64,000 bases of DNA from Candidatus Binatia bacterium (GCA_963664395.2 OY761159.2:1408001-1472000), one strand, 5' to 3'; positions 49,803 to 59,062 are shown, counted from the first letter of the stretch. The notes: generated by a model not told the origin, from the sequence alone. A program made the numbers and translations.

Positions 49803-51017
49803 CTACGTCAGGATGTCCTTCTCGCGGAGCGTAGCTATCTCATCCTGACTCAAGCCAACTATTTCGGCGAGGACGGCATCTGTGTCCTGGCCTAAGCAGG
49901 GCGCCGGACGCCGTATCTCACACGGTGTGCGGGGCATAGTCCAGGGTATGCCCATATGCCGGCGGGTGCCGACTTCCGGATGTTCCAGTTCAACAAAATA
50001 GTCCCGCGCGCCAACATGCGGGCTGTTGACCATGTCGATCGCATCAAGCGACGGATAGGCGGGAATGCCGACCTGCTGTAGATTCTGCGTCGCTTCAGCC
50101 GCGCTGATTTCTTGGGTCCAGGCCGTGACGATCTCTTCCAACGCCGCCTCATTTTCCTTCCGCGCGGTGAGGGTGGCAAAACGCGCGTCTGAACCGAGCT
50201 CGGGTTGGCCCATGACCTCACACAAGCGCTGCCATTCCGTCTCGTCCCGGACCGACAGGCTGACCCAGCGGTCGTCACCTTTGGAGCGAAACACGCCGTG
50301 GGGTGCCATATGGGGGTCACGATTGCCCATGCGTTCGGGTTGGGTGCCGTTCATGCTGTAGTCCATGAGCGCTTCAGGCAATAACATGATTGCCGCCTCC
50401 CACTGGGAGAGATCGATATACTGGCCCTGGCCGGTTTTTTCACGGTGGAGCAAGGCGCTCATGACGGCAAAGGTGGCATGGACACCGCCGTTGGGATCTC
50501 CGTAGGAAAAACCGGCCATCATGGGCGGGCCGCCCACATAGCCGGTCAGGGCTGACAAGCCGCTTTGGGCGACCTGCGGCGGACCATAGGACACAAAGTC
50601 TTTTTCCGGCCCGCTCGTTCCATAGCCCGGTAGAGAGACCATGATGATGTCGGGCTTGATGTGGCGTAGTACGTCATAGCCCACACCAAGTTTTTCCATC
50701 ACGCCCGAGGCAAAATTATTCATCACAATATCACTCTTTGAGACAAGTGTCTTGGCGATAGCGATGGCTTCCGGGGCTTTCAGGTCCAGGGTGAGGGAGC
50801 GTTTGCCCTGGTTGTACTGGTTAAAATAGCCTGCCCGGTTTACGCCCGATTCGTTGTCCGGCCAGGGCGGAATAAGGCGTGACGGACATAAGCGCTTGGC
50901 ACTCTCGATCCGAATGACGTCCGCGCCCAGGTGGGCCAGTTGCAGGGCGCCATACGGGCCGGCCCAAGCCCAGCAAAAGTCAACAACGCGGATTCCATCC
51001 AACGGCGGTCGGCTCAT
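49803..51017 (-). CDS. Family III (CaiB/BaiF) CoA-transferase, catalytic-type subunit
   Basis: GIRVVDF..WAGP..LGADVIRIE, GKRS..LDLK, SYGDPNGG (Asp present). Confidence 0.92.
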   Translation of the reverse strand: MSRPPLDGIRVVDFCWAWAGPYGALQLAHLGADVIRIESAKRLCPSRLIPPWPDNESGVNRAGYFNQYNQGKRSLTLDLKAPEAIAIAKTLVSKSDIVMNNFASGVMEKLGVGYDVLRHIKPDIIMVSLPGYGTSGPEKDFVSYGPPQVAQSGLSALTGYVGGPPMMAGFSYGDPNGGVHATFAVMSALLHREKTGQGQYIDLSQWEAAIMLLPEALMDYSMNGTQPERMGNRDPHMAPHGVFRSKGDDRWVSLSVRDETEWQRLCEVMGQPELGSDARFATLTARKENEAALEEIVTAWTQEISAAEATQNLQQVGIPAYPSLDAIDMVNSPHVGARDYFVELEHPEVGTRRHMGIPWTMPRTPCEIRRPAPCLGQDTDAVLAEIVGLSQDEIATLREKDILT

Positions 51018-51039
51018 GATCTTCTCCTTTTGCTTTCCC

Positions 51040-52245
51040 CTAGACAATGCCGGTTCGCTGAAGCGCAGCCAGGTCCTGGGCGGTCACGCCGAGTTCGGTA
51101 TAGACCTCGGTGTTATGCTGTCCCAAACACGGGGCTGGACGGCGCAGTTCCCACGGCGTTTCCGAGCAGATATAGGGCGCGCCGGGATAGGTCAGCGGGC
51201 CGGCTTCGGGATGATCGAGCTGCACAAAAAAGCCGCGCGCGTTGAGATGTTCGGAGTTCAGCAAATAGCCCATGGTTGAGACTGGCGCAAACGGAATCCG
51301 CCGCGCCTGCGCCTTGAGGTATAAGTCCTGGACCGTGAAATCCTTGACCCATTCTTGAATGAGCAGTTTGAGCGCGTCCCAACTCTCGCCCCGTTTCAGG
51401 CGATCTCCGAAAATAGGCTCGGCGGCCCACTCCGGATTGTCCATCAGGTCAACAAACGAGTGCCAGTGATGCTCCTCCACGCAGCAAATAAAGATCCAGC
51501 CGTCTTTGCACTCCAACAGATCCAGCGGTTGAATCGGTTTATGTCCCAGCCGCGTCACCGCCATACCGGCATAGGAGGCCATCATGGTGCCGAACTCGGA
51601 TATGCCCATCAGGCATTCCTGGACGGAGAACTCGACGTGCTGGCCCTGCCCGTCACGCAGGCCGGCAAACAACGCGCCCAGCGACGCAACCGCGGCATGC
51701 ACCCCAGCCGTAAACCCGGACTGCTGGCCAAAGGCTTTGAGCGGCGGGAGATGGTCGCTGCCCGGCCCCCCACCGTTCAGAAAACACAGTCCACCGGCAT
51801 TCCATAGGGTGAGGTCAGACGCCTCATAATCTTTGTGCGGCCCCTGTAAACCGAACGGCGTAATTGAGGTCATGACCAAGCCAGGGTTGATGTCCGCCAG
51901 TTGGTCATAGTCCAAACCGACGGCCGACATCTGCTTGGGATGGATATTATGGATAAGCAGGTCCGCGTCTTTGACGAGACGCTGAAAGACGGCTTGACCC
52001 TGTGTCTGTTCCAGGTCGAGCGTGATACCGCGTTTATTGGTGTTCAGGAAAAGATACAGCCCGCTCTTTTCAGCGTGCGGCGTTCCGCCTGGAAACGGCC
52101 CGCGCTGACGGGTCGCGTCTCCCCCCTGCGGCGATTCAATTTTAATCACCTCTGCGCCCATGTCGGCCATAAGCTTGCTTGCGTAGGCGGCAGAGACCAT
52201 CTCGCCGCATTCAATGATCCGAAAACCTGATAAGGCACCCGGCAT
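51040..52245 (-). CDS. Family III CoA-transferase, BbsE-like subunit
   Basis: ADMGAEVIKIE, NTNKRGITLD, SITPFG..GP; QQSGFTAG at the position of the catalytic Asp. Confidence 0.9.
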   Translation of the reverse strand: MPGALSGFRIIECGEMVSAAYASKLMADMGAEVIKIESPQGGDATRQRGPFPGGTPHAEKSGLYLFLNTNKRGITLDLEQTQGQAVFQRLVKDADLLIHNIHPKQMSAVGLDYDQLADINPGLVMTSITPFGLQGPHKDYEASDLTLWNAGGLCFLNGGGPGSDHLPPLKAFGQQSGFTAGVHAAVASLGALFAGLRDGQGQHVEFSVQECLMGISEFGTMMASYAGMAVTRLGHKPIQPLDLLECKDGWIFICCVEEHHWHSFVDLMDNPEWAAEPIFGDRLKRGESWDALKLLIQEWVKDFTVQDLYLKAQARRIPFAPVSTMGYLLNSEHLNARGFFVQLDHPEAGPLTYPGAPYICSETPWELRRPAPCLGQHNTEVYTELGVTAQDLAALQRTGIV

Positions 52246-52283
52246 ACTCCCTCCTTCTTTCCGGTCGGATAGCTCCAGCGTAA

Positions 52284-52359
52284 TAGAGTCAGACTCTAGT
52301 AGGCCGCTTGTGCCACGTCAAGCTTGACTCCAGACCGTGCACGCAGTACTCCAGACCGT
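52284..52359. promoter_or_regulatory. Candidate operator elements in a divergent intergenic region
   Basis: Perfect inverted repeat TAGAGTC-A-GACTCTA (52284-52298); direct repeat ACTCCAGACCGT at 52327 and 52348. Confidence 0.45.
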
Positions 52360-52374
52360 ACTTGTGGTGCGGAC

Positions 52375-52650
52375 ATGGAGCTGAGCGACATTTACTTGCG
52401 GGTTGAGCGGGCCGATATTGCGCTCATCAAATGTGTCATCGAGTCCTACGAAGAGTTCGGCATTGTGCGCACGATTGATAATAAAAAGGCCATTATCGTG
52501 CTCCTGATCGTGCCGGACTTTATTGAGCATACCTGGGCCGCGCTCGAATCACTCCGCCAGCACATGGACTGGCATCAAGTCCCTCGTCCAACAGAACATG
52601 ACGACTGGTTGATGGAGAAGATGCATCCGGAGAATAAGGGCTCAGCGTAG
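52375..52650 (+). CDS. DUF4911-like small protein
   Basis: IYLRVERADIALIKCVIESYEEFGIVRTID pattern. Confidence 0.7.
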   Translation: MELSDIYLRVERADIALIKCVIESYEEFGIVRTIDNKKAIIVLLIVPDFIEHTWAALESLRQHMDWHQVPRPTEHDDWLMEKMHPENKGSA

Positions 52651-52693
52651 GTCCGAGGGCCCACGAACTCACTTCCACCACACACAATCGACT

Positions 52694-52939
52694 ATGGCCA
52701 AACACTCCGATTGGGTCACAGCAAGTGAAATTGGAACCTACGTCTATTGCGAGGAAGCGTGGCGGCTGACGCATGGACTCAAAATCCCGCCGGGCAATGT
52801 GCGGGCGCTCCGCCGCGGAACGGAAACGCACGCCGCGTGGCAACGGGTTGAACGCCGGACTGCCCGGCTCATGCGACTCGCTCTCATTGTGGCGGCTATC
52901 GCCCTGGCCTGTATCCTGCTCCGTGTCTACCTGTCGTGA
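52694..52939 (+). CDS. Cas4-like nuclease N-terminal half with a C-terminal TM anchor
   Basis: VTASEIGTYVYCEEAW and GTETH, then RRTARLMR-LALIVAAIALACILL. Confidence 0.72.
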   Translation: MAKHSDWVTASEIGTYVYCEEAWRLTHGLKIPPGNVRALRRGTETHAAWQRVERRTARLMRLALIVAAIALACILLRVYLS

Positions 52940-53424
52940 TGGCCATCCTGACGCTGCTGCTCAGCCTGTCCGTCCTGCTCTTTGTGGTTGCCCTCATAGG
53001 CCGTCGCCGGGCCGGCTTTGGCTCCGGCAGGACCATCAGCCACGATGACGTGCGGCTGTCTTCCGAGCGCTATATGCTCCGCGGGCAACCGGATCGGATT
53101 GTCCAACGCGGGCGATATTTTATTCCGGAAGAAAAGAAGTCCGGACGACAGATGAACGAGAGCTATCAAGCCCAACTCGGGGTGTATCTGGTGTTAGTCG
53201 AAGAAGAGTACGGCGTCCGGCCCCCCTACGGCTTCATCATTTTGAGAGACGGTGAGCGGGTCAAGGTGAAAAACACGCGCAGGCTGCGTTCGCGGGTGAT
53301 TGGTATTGCGGAACGCATTCGAGCGCATCGTCAGCAGCTCGACAAATCCCTCTCCCCACCCTCTACGCCAGCCAAGTGCCAAAACTGTAGCCAGCGTCAG
53401 AACTGCGAGCAGCGGTTGGTGTGA
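52939..53424 (+). CDS. Cas4-like PD-(D/E)xK nuclease C-terminal half with an N-terminal TM anchor
   Basis: MAILTLLLSLSVLLFVVALIG-RRR; GQPD, EEKKS, QLGVY, KCQNCSQRQNC; TGATG coupling to the upstream ORF (in-frame GTG at 52936 is an alternative start). Confidence 0.82.
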   Translation: MAILTLLLSLSVLLFVVALIGRRRAGFGSGRTISHDDVRLSSERYMLRGQPDRIVQRGRYFIPEEKKSGRQMNESYQAQLGVYLVLVEEEYGVRPPYGFIILRDGERVKVKNTRRLRSRVIGIAERIRAHRQQLDKSLSPPSTPAKCQNCSQRQNCEQRLV

Positions 53425-53437
53425 AAGGACGCGGAAA

Positions 53438-53791
53438 ATGACACGAACAAAGAGCGCGACGAACCCCATTGAATATGAAGAGAATAGCGGCAATATCTTT
53501 GCGGACATTGGACTGCCCAACCCAGAGGAACATCTGGCCAAGGCGGAGCTTGCCTTTCAAATCTGCCAGATAATCCGGGCACGGAAGCTCACTCAGGTCA
53601 AAGCAGCTAAGCTGCTCGGTCTCAAGCAGCCGAATGTCTCTGCACTCATGAAAGGCCATTTGGACGGGTTCTCGGCTGAACGCTTGTTTCGCTTTCTCAA
53701 TAAGCTGGATAAGTCCATCGAAATTGTTATCAGGGACAAACCGCGTCAGTCCAAGCATGCTGATGTACGGGTTGTCGTGGATGCCGTGTAG
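53438..53791 (+). CDS. XRE/HTH_37 transcriptional regulator (HigA2-like antitoxin)
   Basis: SGNIFADIGLPNPEE..KAEL..LTQVKAAKLLG..QPNVS..FSAERL. Confidence 0.88.
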   Translation: MTRTKSATNPIEYEENSGNIFADIGLPNPEEHLAKAELAFQICQIIRARKLTQVKAAKLLGLKQPNVSALMKGHLDGFSAERLFRFLNKLDKSIEIVIRDKPRQSKHADVRVVVDAV

Positions 53792-53838
53792 CGGTTTCGT
53801 TCACCGTCATTTATTCGGCAATAATCCCAAGAGGTGAG

Positions 53839-54180
53839 CTAGGCTGGCAGGGGTGCTCCCTTGACATGTATTGTGGCCTCATTGCGGGACTTGGGCTTGG
53901 GCTTAAAACTGATAGTGACATCATAGTCGAGCTTCCGCATGTAGCGGAGCAGCCGGTCGATTGTGAACTTCTCCAGTTTGCCCCGAACCAGGTTCGAGAC
54001 GCTCGGTTGTGGCAACCCAAGAATAGCCCCTGCTTCCTCTTAGGTGAGGCCCCGTTTCTCAATCAGCTCTCCAATGCTCAAGGCGATGGTCGCTTTCACT
54101 AAGCGCTCCTCTGGATTTGGCAGATTGAGGTCAGCGAACACATTTCCGCTTGAAAGCGTTACTTTGATATCTGTACTCAT
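53839..54180 (-). pseudogene. Second XRE/HTH_37 paralog with an internal stop
   Basis: MSTDIKVTLSSGNVFADLNLPNPEE..RGLT*EEAGAILGLPQPSVSNLVRGKLEKFTIDRL; TAA at 54040-54042 replaces the conserved Gln. Confidence 0.82.
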
Positions 54181-54296
54181 GGCTTTGCTTTTCTCCTCAG
54201 AGCGTACTGCTCCCGATAATGCTGCTCGGCAGCCCTCAAACGTTGTCGTACCAGACATCTTCGCGCGCTCGGAAACGCCGGCCCATCAAAAGGCCA

Positions 54297-55064
54297 TTAC
54301 TCGTCAGTAGACTCCAAGTCAGTCCCCTCACTTGCCTCCTTCTTTTTTCCAAACACATAGGCCACCCCGATGCTGAGCACATACAGCAAGAGCAGCGGGA
54401 CGGCGAGGAGCATTTGGGAGATAGCGTCGGGTGGGGTGAGGATGGCGGCCAGGATAAATACGCCGACCGCAGCGTACCGGAATGCGCCTATGAGGGTATG
54501 GTGGGTGATGAGCCCAACGCGGGCAAAGAAAAAGGCGAGTACGGGAAGTTCAAACGTCACCCCAAAGGCGAGCAGCGTTCTGGCCGTGAAGGTCAGATAT
54601 TCGCTGATTTTTAGGGTGGCCTGTACTCCGATGCTGCGGAACTCTCCCAGGAAAAACGCATACGCAATCGGCAGGACGACGGTATAACAAAAGCCGGCCC
54701 CGAGCACGAAAAAGAATGAACAGAAGAGGACAAACGGCCAGACGTAGCGGCGTTCCTGCGGGTATAGGCCTGGAGCCACGAACTGCCAGAGCTGGTAGAA
54801 AATAGCGGGACTGGCGCCAAAGAGCGCGGCAATAAAAGCCACCTTGATTTTTGTAAAGAATGCTTCGGTCGGGCTGGTACCAATCAGAGAATGGGGATCG
54901 GTGGTTATGTGACGGAGGGGCTGAGCGAGAAAATCAAACAGCACATTGGCAAAGAAATAGGCCGGGAGAAAGACAATGAAAATGGCGAGCAAGGACCGAA
55001 TGAGACAGCTGCGCAACTCATCCAGATGGCCGGTGAGCGGCATGGACCGGTCGTCATAGGCCAT
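54297..55064 (-). CDS. tatC: Twin-arginine translocase subunit C
   Basis: MPLTGHLDELR, YQLWQFVAPGLY..E, FELP, LTPPD. Confidence 0.95.
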   Translation of the reverse strand: MAYDDRSMPLTGHLDELRSCLIRSLLAIFIVFLPAYFFANVLFDFLAQPLRHITTDPHSLIGTSPTEAFFTKIKVAFIAALFGASPAIFYQLWQFVAPGLYPQERRYVWPFVLFCSFFFVLGAGFCYTVVLPIAYAFFLGEFRSIGVQATLKISEYLTFTARTLLAFGVTFELPVLAFFFARVGLITHHTLIGAFRYAAVGVFILAAILTPPDAISQMLLAVPLLLLYVLSIGVAYVFGKKKEASEGTDLESTDE

Positions 55065-55067
55065 GTC

Positions 55068-55370
55068 CTAATTGTCCCCTCCGGTGCTCCCTTTCTTTTC
55101 TGTTGCCTCTGAAGACTGTGTCGAGGCGGAAGGGGGAGCAGGCGGCATGGCCGTAGGGTTCGTCCGCACGTTGCGTTCGGTGGCGCGCACCTCTTCGTCC
55201 AGCATGATCTGGGCGTTATCGAGCTCTTCGGTGATGCCACTCGTTGCCCGGCGCAATTCGGCAAAGGCTTTGCCCAAACCACGCGCCGCCTCGGGCAGGC
55301 GCTTGGGGCCGAGTACGATCAGCGCCACAACCATAATAATCACCAACTCCGGCATCCCGATTCCAAACAT
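55068..55370 (-). CDS. tatB: Twin-arginine translocase TatA/TatB-family subunit
   Basis: MFGIGMPEL..VALIVLGPKRLPE; directly upstream of tatC. Confidence 0.85.
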   Translation of the reverse strand: MFGIGMPELVIIMVVALIVLGPKRLPEAARGLGKAFAELRRATSGITEELDNAQIMLDEEVRATERNVRTNPTAMPPAPPSASTQSSEATEKKGSTGGDN

Positions 55371-55450
55371 ATTTGCCTCTTGGGTTACGGTAGTATAATC
55401 GAAAAACCGGCGCAAGTTATGGCCGGGGCGCAGTGGGAAAGGAGCGATCA

Positions 55451-56485
55451 ATGTTACAGACAGGCATCGTGCTGGACGCACGCTATCAAGACCACAACCC
55501 AGGTCAGGGCCATCCGGAACGTGCGGAGCGGATCGGCACCTTACTCAGCCGCTTCGCGTCCTATAAGCGCGACGGTTTGAAACGTTTTGACCCCAGACAC
55601 GCGACGCATGAAGAGATCGCTTTGGTGCACGACACCAGCCTGATTGGCCGCGTCGCTGCCTCTGCCGGCCTCGAAGCCGCAGCCTTTGACGCGGATACGC
55701 GCGTGTCCGCGCAGTCGTATGAGACGGCACTCCTCGCCACCGGAGGCCTTTTGACTATTCTGGATGCGGTCATGGAACGCGAAGTGGACAATGGCTTTGC
55801 CTTGGTGCGACCGCCCGGTCATCACGCCGAACGCAACCGAGCCATGGGCTTTTGTCTGTTCAACAGCGTTGCGGTTGGTGCGCAATATCTGAGGGAACGA
55901 TTTGGGCTAAGCCGGATTCTGGTGATGGACTGGGACCTGCACCACGGCAATGGCACCCAGCACAGTTTCTACGACGACCCTGGCGTGCTGTATCTCTCGA
56001 CCCATCAATATCCGTACTACCCCGGCACGGGTGCCGCCGAAGAGGCCGGCCACGGCAGCGGCGAGGGGTATACTGTCAACCTGCCTCTCAGCGCCGGCTG
56101 GGGAGATGCCGCCTTTCTGCCTCTCTTTGAAGAGGTGATTGATCCCATTTGTCGCCAGTTTCAGCCCGAGTTCGTGTTGATCTCTGCCGGCTTTGATGCC
56201 CACGCCCGCGACCCACTCGGTGGTCTGACCGTCACAGCAGAAGGCTTTACGGCCCTGGCACGTATTCTCCTGCGCGTGGCGCGGGATCAGGCCCAGGGCC
56301 GTTGTGCCGCCATTCTCGAAGGCGGCTACGATCTGGAAGGGCTTGAAACCTCAGTGATCCACGTTCTGGACGAAATGGGCGGCGACCGGCTCGACCATCC
56401 GCTCCCCACATATGAACGACAGGGTTTGCTTCCCAACGTCCGGGCCGTGCAGCAGCGCCATTGGGAGTTGCCGGCGACGGCCTAA
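55451..56485 (+). CDS. Histone deacetylase / acetylpolyamine amidohydrolase family protein
   Basis: HPE, RPPGHHA, GFCLFN, DWDLHHGNGTQ, SAGFDA, LEGGY. Confidence 0.95.
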   Translation: MLQTGIVLDARYQDHNPGQGHPERAERIGTLLSRFASYKRDGLKRFDPRHATHEEIALVHDTSLIGRVAASAGLEAAAFDADTRVSAQSYETALLATGGLLTILDAVMEREVDNGFALVRPPGHHAERNRAMGFCLFNSVAVGAQYLRERFGLSRILVMDWDLHHGNGTQHSFYDDPGVLYLSTHQYPYYPGTGAAEEAGHGSGEGYTVNLPLSAGWGDAAFLPLFEEVIDPICRQFQPEFVLISAGFDAHARDPLGGLTVTAEGFTALARILLRVARDQAQGRCAAILEGGYDLEGLETSVIHVLDEMGGDRLDHPLPTYERQGLLPNVRAVQQRHWELPATA

Positions 56486-56497
56486 TTGAGCGACGGG

Positions 56498-56746
56498 TTA
56501 GGCGGCCTGATGGAATCTTGCCACGGACACTGGTCTTGTCTGTGCGAACCCTTGCCGATGCAGTTTTATGCGTTCGACCTCGTGAAGCGTCTCAGCGGTA
56601 AAATAGCTTTCACTACAGCTTGAGCACGAGATCAGGGGAATCCCTTCAATCACCAGCAGCTCCTCGCCAGAACCATAGCTACGGGAGACGTGGCGGATTC
56701 GGGCGGCTTGCTCTCCACAAGTGTCACATTTCAGTCTGCTCATCAT
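56498..56746 (-). CDS. YgiT-type (MqsA-like) zinc-finger protein
   Basis: CDTC...LVIEGIP..SCSSCSESYF. Confidence 0.8.
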   Translation of the reverse strand: MMSRLKCDTCGEQAARIRHVSRSYGSGEELLVIEGIPLISCSSCSESYFTAETLHEVERIKLHRQGFAQTRPVSVARFHQAA

Positions 56747-56939
56747 CAATCCACGCGGCGGGCTGGTCGCGGTGCTGCTCAGTACTCTTTGCGGTCTCAA
56801 TCAGTCGGTCCTGGTATTGCTTCTGCATCTCCATGTAGAAGGCCACCAGTTGTGTAGGATCATGCTCGAAGCGCGCCGATATGCGGTATCGCACTTCGCG
56901 GATCTCGTCGATTACCGGATCACTTAGGTTCTGTTTCAT
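56724..56939 (-). CDS. Small putative antitoxin partner of the PIN protein
   Basis: DPVIDEIREVR..ISARFEHD; overlaps the 3' end of the PIN gene. Confidence 0.7.
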   Translation of the reverse strand: MKQNLSDPVIDEIREVRYRISARFEHDPTQLVAFYMEMQKQYQDRLIETAKSTEQHRDQPAAWIDDEQTEM

Positions 56940-57414
56940 CGATCCCTCCCAGGAGTTCCAGGGGTGTCACCAAAGCCGGCACGAAAAGCCCGAGCATGGC
57001 ATTCACACGACGGATGTGTCCAAACTTGTTTGCGTTTGCAAGGTGCCGACAATTCCAGGTTACCAGAAAGTCACACTTGTGATAGGAGGCGAGCGCTAGG
57101 TGCAGCGCGTCCCCACCAGGATCAGCCGGCATCAGTTTGTGCCGGATATACGCCTGGACAATCTCGGCGATGGCCGGCTCGACGGGCAGAAGCGGCAGAT
57201 CACGAACCAGAGCCAATCGTTTCGTGCTGCGCTCCGGTATACCTCCGGCTAGTTCGTCTAGCACGGCTGGACTGGTGACCATCTCGTGGCGATCAGGCGC
57301 ATTGTCCCACCACCGTCGGGTCCACTCCCGACGCGCCACGATGTCGGGGGCGGTGCGTTCCTCATGATAGAAGCTGGGGATCGTGGTCTCAACATACACA
57401 CGCGGTTTGGCCAT
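56920..57414 (-). CDS. PIN-domain (VapC-like) protein
   Basis: VYVETTIPSFY, DALHLALA, DFLVTWNCRHLAN. Confidence 0.88.
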   Translation of the reverse strand: MAKPRVYVETTIPSFYHEERTAPDIVARREWTRRWWDNAPDRHEMVTSPAVLDELAGGIPERSTKRLALVRDLPLLPVEPAIAEIVQAYIRHKLMPADPGGDALHLALASYHKCDFLVTWNCRHLANANKFGHIRRVNAMLGLFVPALVTPLELLGGIDETEPK

Positions 57415-57477
57415 ACCGGCAAGATACCGCACCTAGCTTCCGAGGAATAGCTCGAATAAGGCGAGCCGCGTTAGTGG

Positions 57478-57807
57478 TCATTCGGGGTGAGTCCAGGAAG
57501 CGAAGTCTGCCATTTTGACTGCACGGCGTTTCATAATGTAAGCGCGAACTACCTCAATGTATTTTCGCCGAGATTCGAGATCATTCAAATTCAGGGACAT
57601 CTCGGGTTTAAACTTTCCCTTGAGGCGATTACATACGGCGCACGCTATGACAATGTTCTGTGGTTCGTCGGGTCCGCCGGCCGCCGCGGGAATCAGGTGG
57701 TCTTCCTCGGCGATCATGAACGCTTCAAAATCGCTCATGAGGTCGCGACAGCAGTAGACGCAACGTCCATTATCGCGTTTGAAGATTTCCTTGAAGTATT
57801 TGGACAT
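57478..57807 (-). CDS. HNH endonuclease (zinc-finger type)
   Basis: RDNGRCVYC..DHLIP..GG..NIVIACAVCNRLKG. Confidence 0.88.
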   Translation of the reverse strand: MSKYFKEIFKRDNGRCVYCCRDLMSDFEAFMIAEEDHLIPAAAGGPDEPQNIVIACAVCNRLKGKFKPEMSLNLNDLESRRKYIEVVRAYIMKRRAVKMADFASWTHPE

Positions 57808-57814
57808 CTGCACC

Positions 57815-59062
57815 CTAGTCCCGTACCGTCCGCTCGGCATGAATCTCGGCGTGCGAGGCGATGACCTTCTCTGCTTTGAGTTGAGCGATCTGCTGGTCGG
57901 AATAGTTGAGTAAGCGGCGCAGCACGCTATCCGTATGCTCGCCTAGCAGCGGGCCTGGGGCGGCGACGTAGCCTGGCGTCTGAGAGAGTTTGAACGGCGG
58001 CCCGTCAAGTATGACCTCCTCCGTTTTCCCGTTTTCCTGGGCCGGCAGCCGTGCCCAATACCCCCGCGCCCGCAGTTGCGGGTCGCGGTCCAAGTCTTCC
58101 CCATTGGCAACCACGCCGGCGGCGACGTCGGCTTCTTGCAGGCGGGTCATGACTTCTTCAGCCGTATGCTGCTGCGTCCAGGCTTCAATATACCCGTCCA
58201 AGGCGTCTTGATGGTGGAGCCGGTCTGCGAGGCTGGCAAAGCGCGCCTCGCGCGTCCAGGCCGGCTGCCCCAAGACGCGGCACAGACTCTGCCATTCTGC
58301 GTCGGTGAAGACGGCAATCGCGCACCAGCGGTCGTCACCCTTGCAGCGATACACCCCGTGCGGCGCCGCCGGTGCTTCTTGGGAACGATTACCGACCGGC
58401 TGACTGGGCGTCTGATTATTCAAGATGTCGAGCAAGCCCGGCCCGACCAGGCTGGAAATAGCCTCAAACTGCGACAGGTCAACGAATTGTCCTTGGCCGG
58501 TTTGTTTGCGATGCCACAGGGCCATCAATACTGCCAGCGCGCCGCTATAGCCGCCGGTCATGTCTGCATATGAATAGCCCCAGCCGGCCGGCGCTTTGCC
58601 GGGATGACGCATCTGGAGCGTATAGCCGGACAAGGCCTGGAGCGTCGGCCCATAGCTGACATAATCCTTGTGCGGCCCGGTATGTCCAAAGCCGGACATG
58701 GAGACCGCAATAATATCGGGCTTTATTTTTTTGAGGCTGTCATAGTCGAGCCCCCAGTTGTGCATGACCCGCGCGCTGAAATTATCGATCACGACATCTG
58801 ATAGGGCCGCGAGTTGTTGGGCGATCTCGATCCCACGCGGGTCGGCCATATTGATAACCGTACTCTCTTTGCCCCGATGCAGATTGCCGGAAAAGCCGCC
58901 CCGACGCGTCCCCAGGTCAAGCGTATCGCGCCGCTCGATTTTAATGATCTCAGCGCCCTGGTCGGCCAGGATGCGCACTGCGACCGGACCGGCAACCACC
59001 CAAGTGAAATCAAGAATCCGGACGCCTTCGAGCGTACGACGGCCTGTTCGTTGGGATGTCAT
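57815..59062 (-). CDS. Family III CoA-transferase, catalytic-type subunit
   Basis: GVRILDFTWVVAGP, GAEIIKIE, SYADMTGG (Asp present). Confidence 0.92.
   Translation of the reverse strand: MTSQRTGRRTLEGVRILDFTWVVAGPVAVRILADQGAEIIKIERRDTLDLGTRRGGFSGNLHRGKESTVINMADPRGIEIAQQLAALSDVVIDNFSARVMHNWGLDYDSLKKIKPDIIAVSMSGFGHTGPHKDYVSYGPTLQALSGYTLQMRHPGKAPAGWGYSYADMTGGYSGALAVLMALWHRKQTGQGQFVDLSQFEAISSLVGPGLLDILNNQTPSQPVGNRSQEAPAAPHGVYRCKGDDRWCAIAVFTDAEWQSLCRVLGQPAWTREARFASLADRLHHQDALDGYIEAWTQQHTAEEVMTRLQEADVAAGVVANGEDLDRDPQLRARGYWARLPAQENGKTEEVILDGPPFKLSQTPGYVAAPGPLLGEHTDSVLRRLLNYSDQQIAQLKAEKVIASHAEIHAERTVRD

Noticed and set aside
52250-54300. CRISPR array or cas operon near the Cas4-like genes
   Set aside because: No regularly spaced 25-40-bp repeats and no cas1/cas2 were seen; the 12-bp repeat at 52327/52348 is too short and has only two copies.
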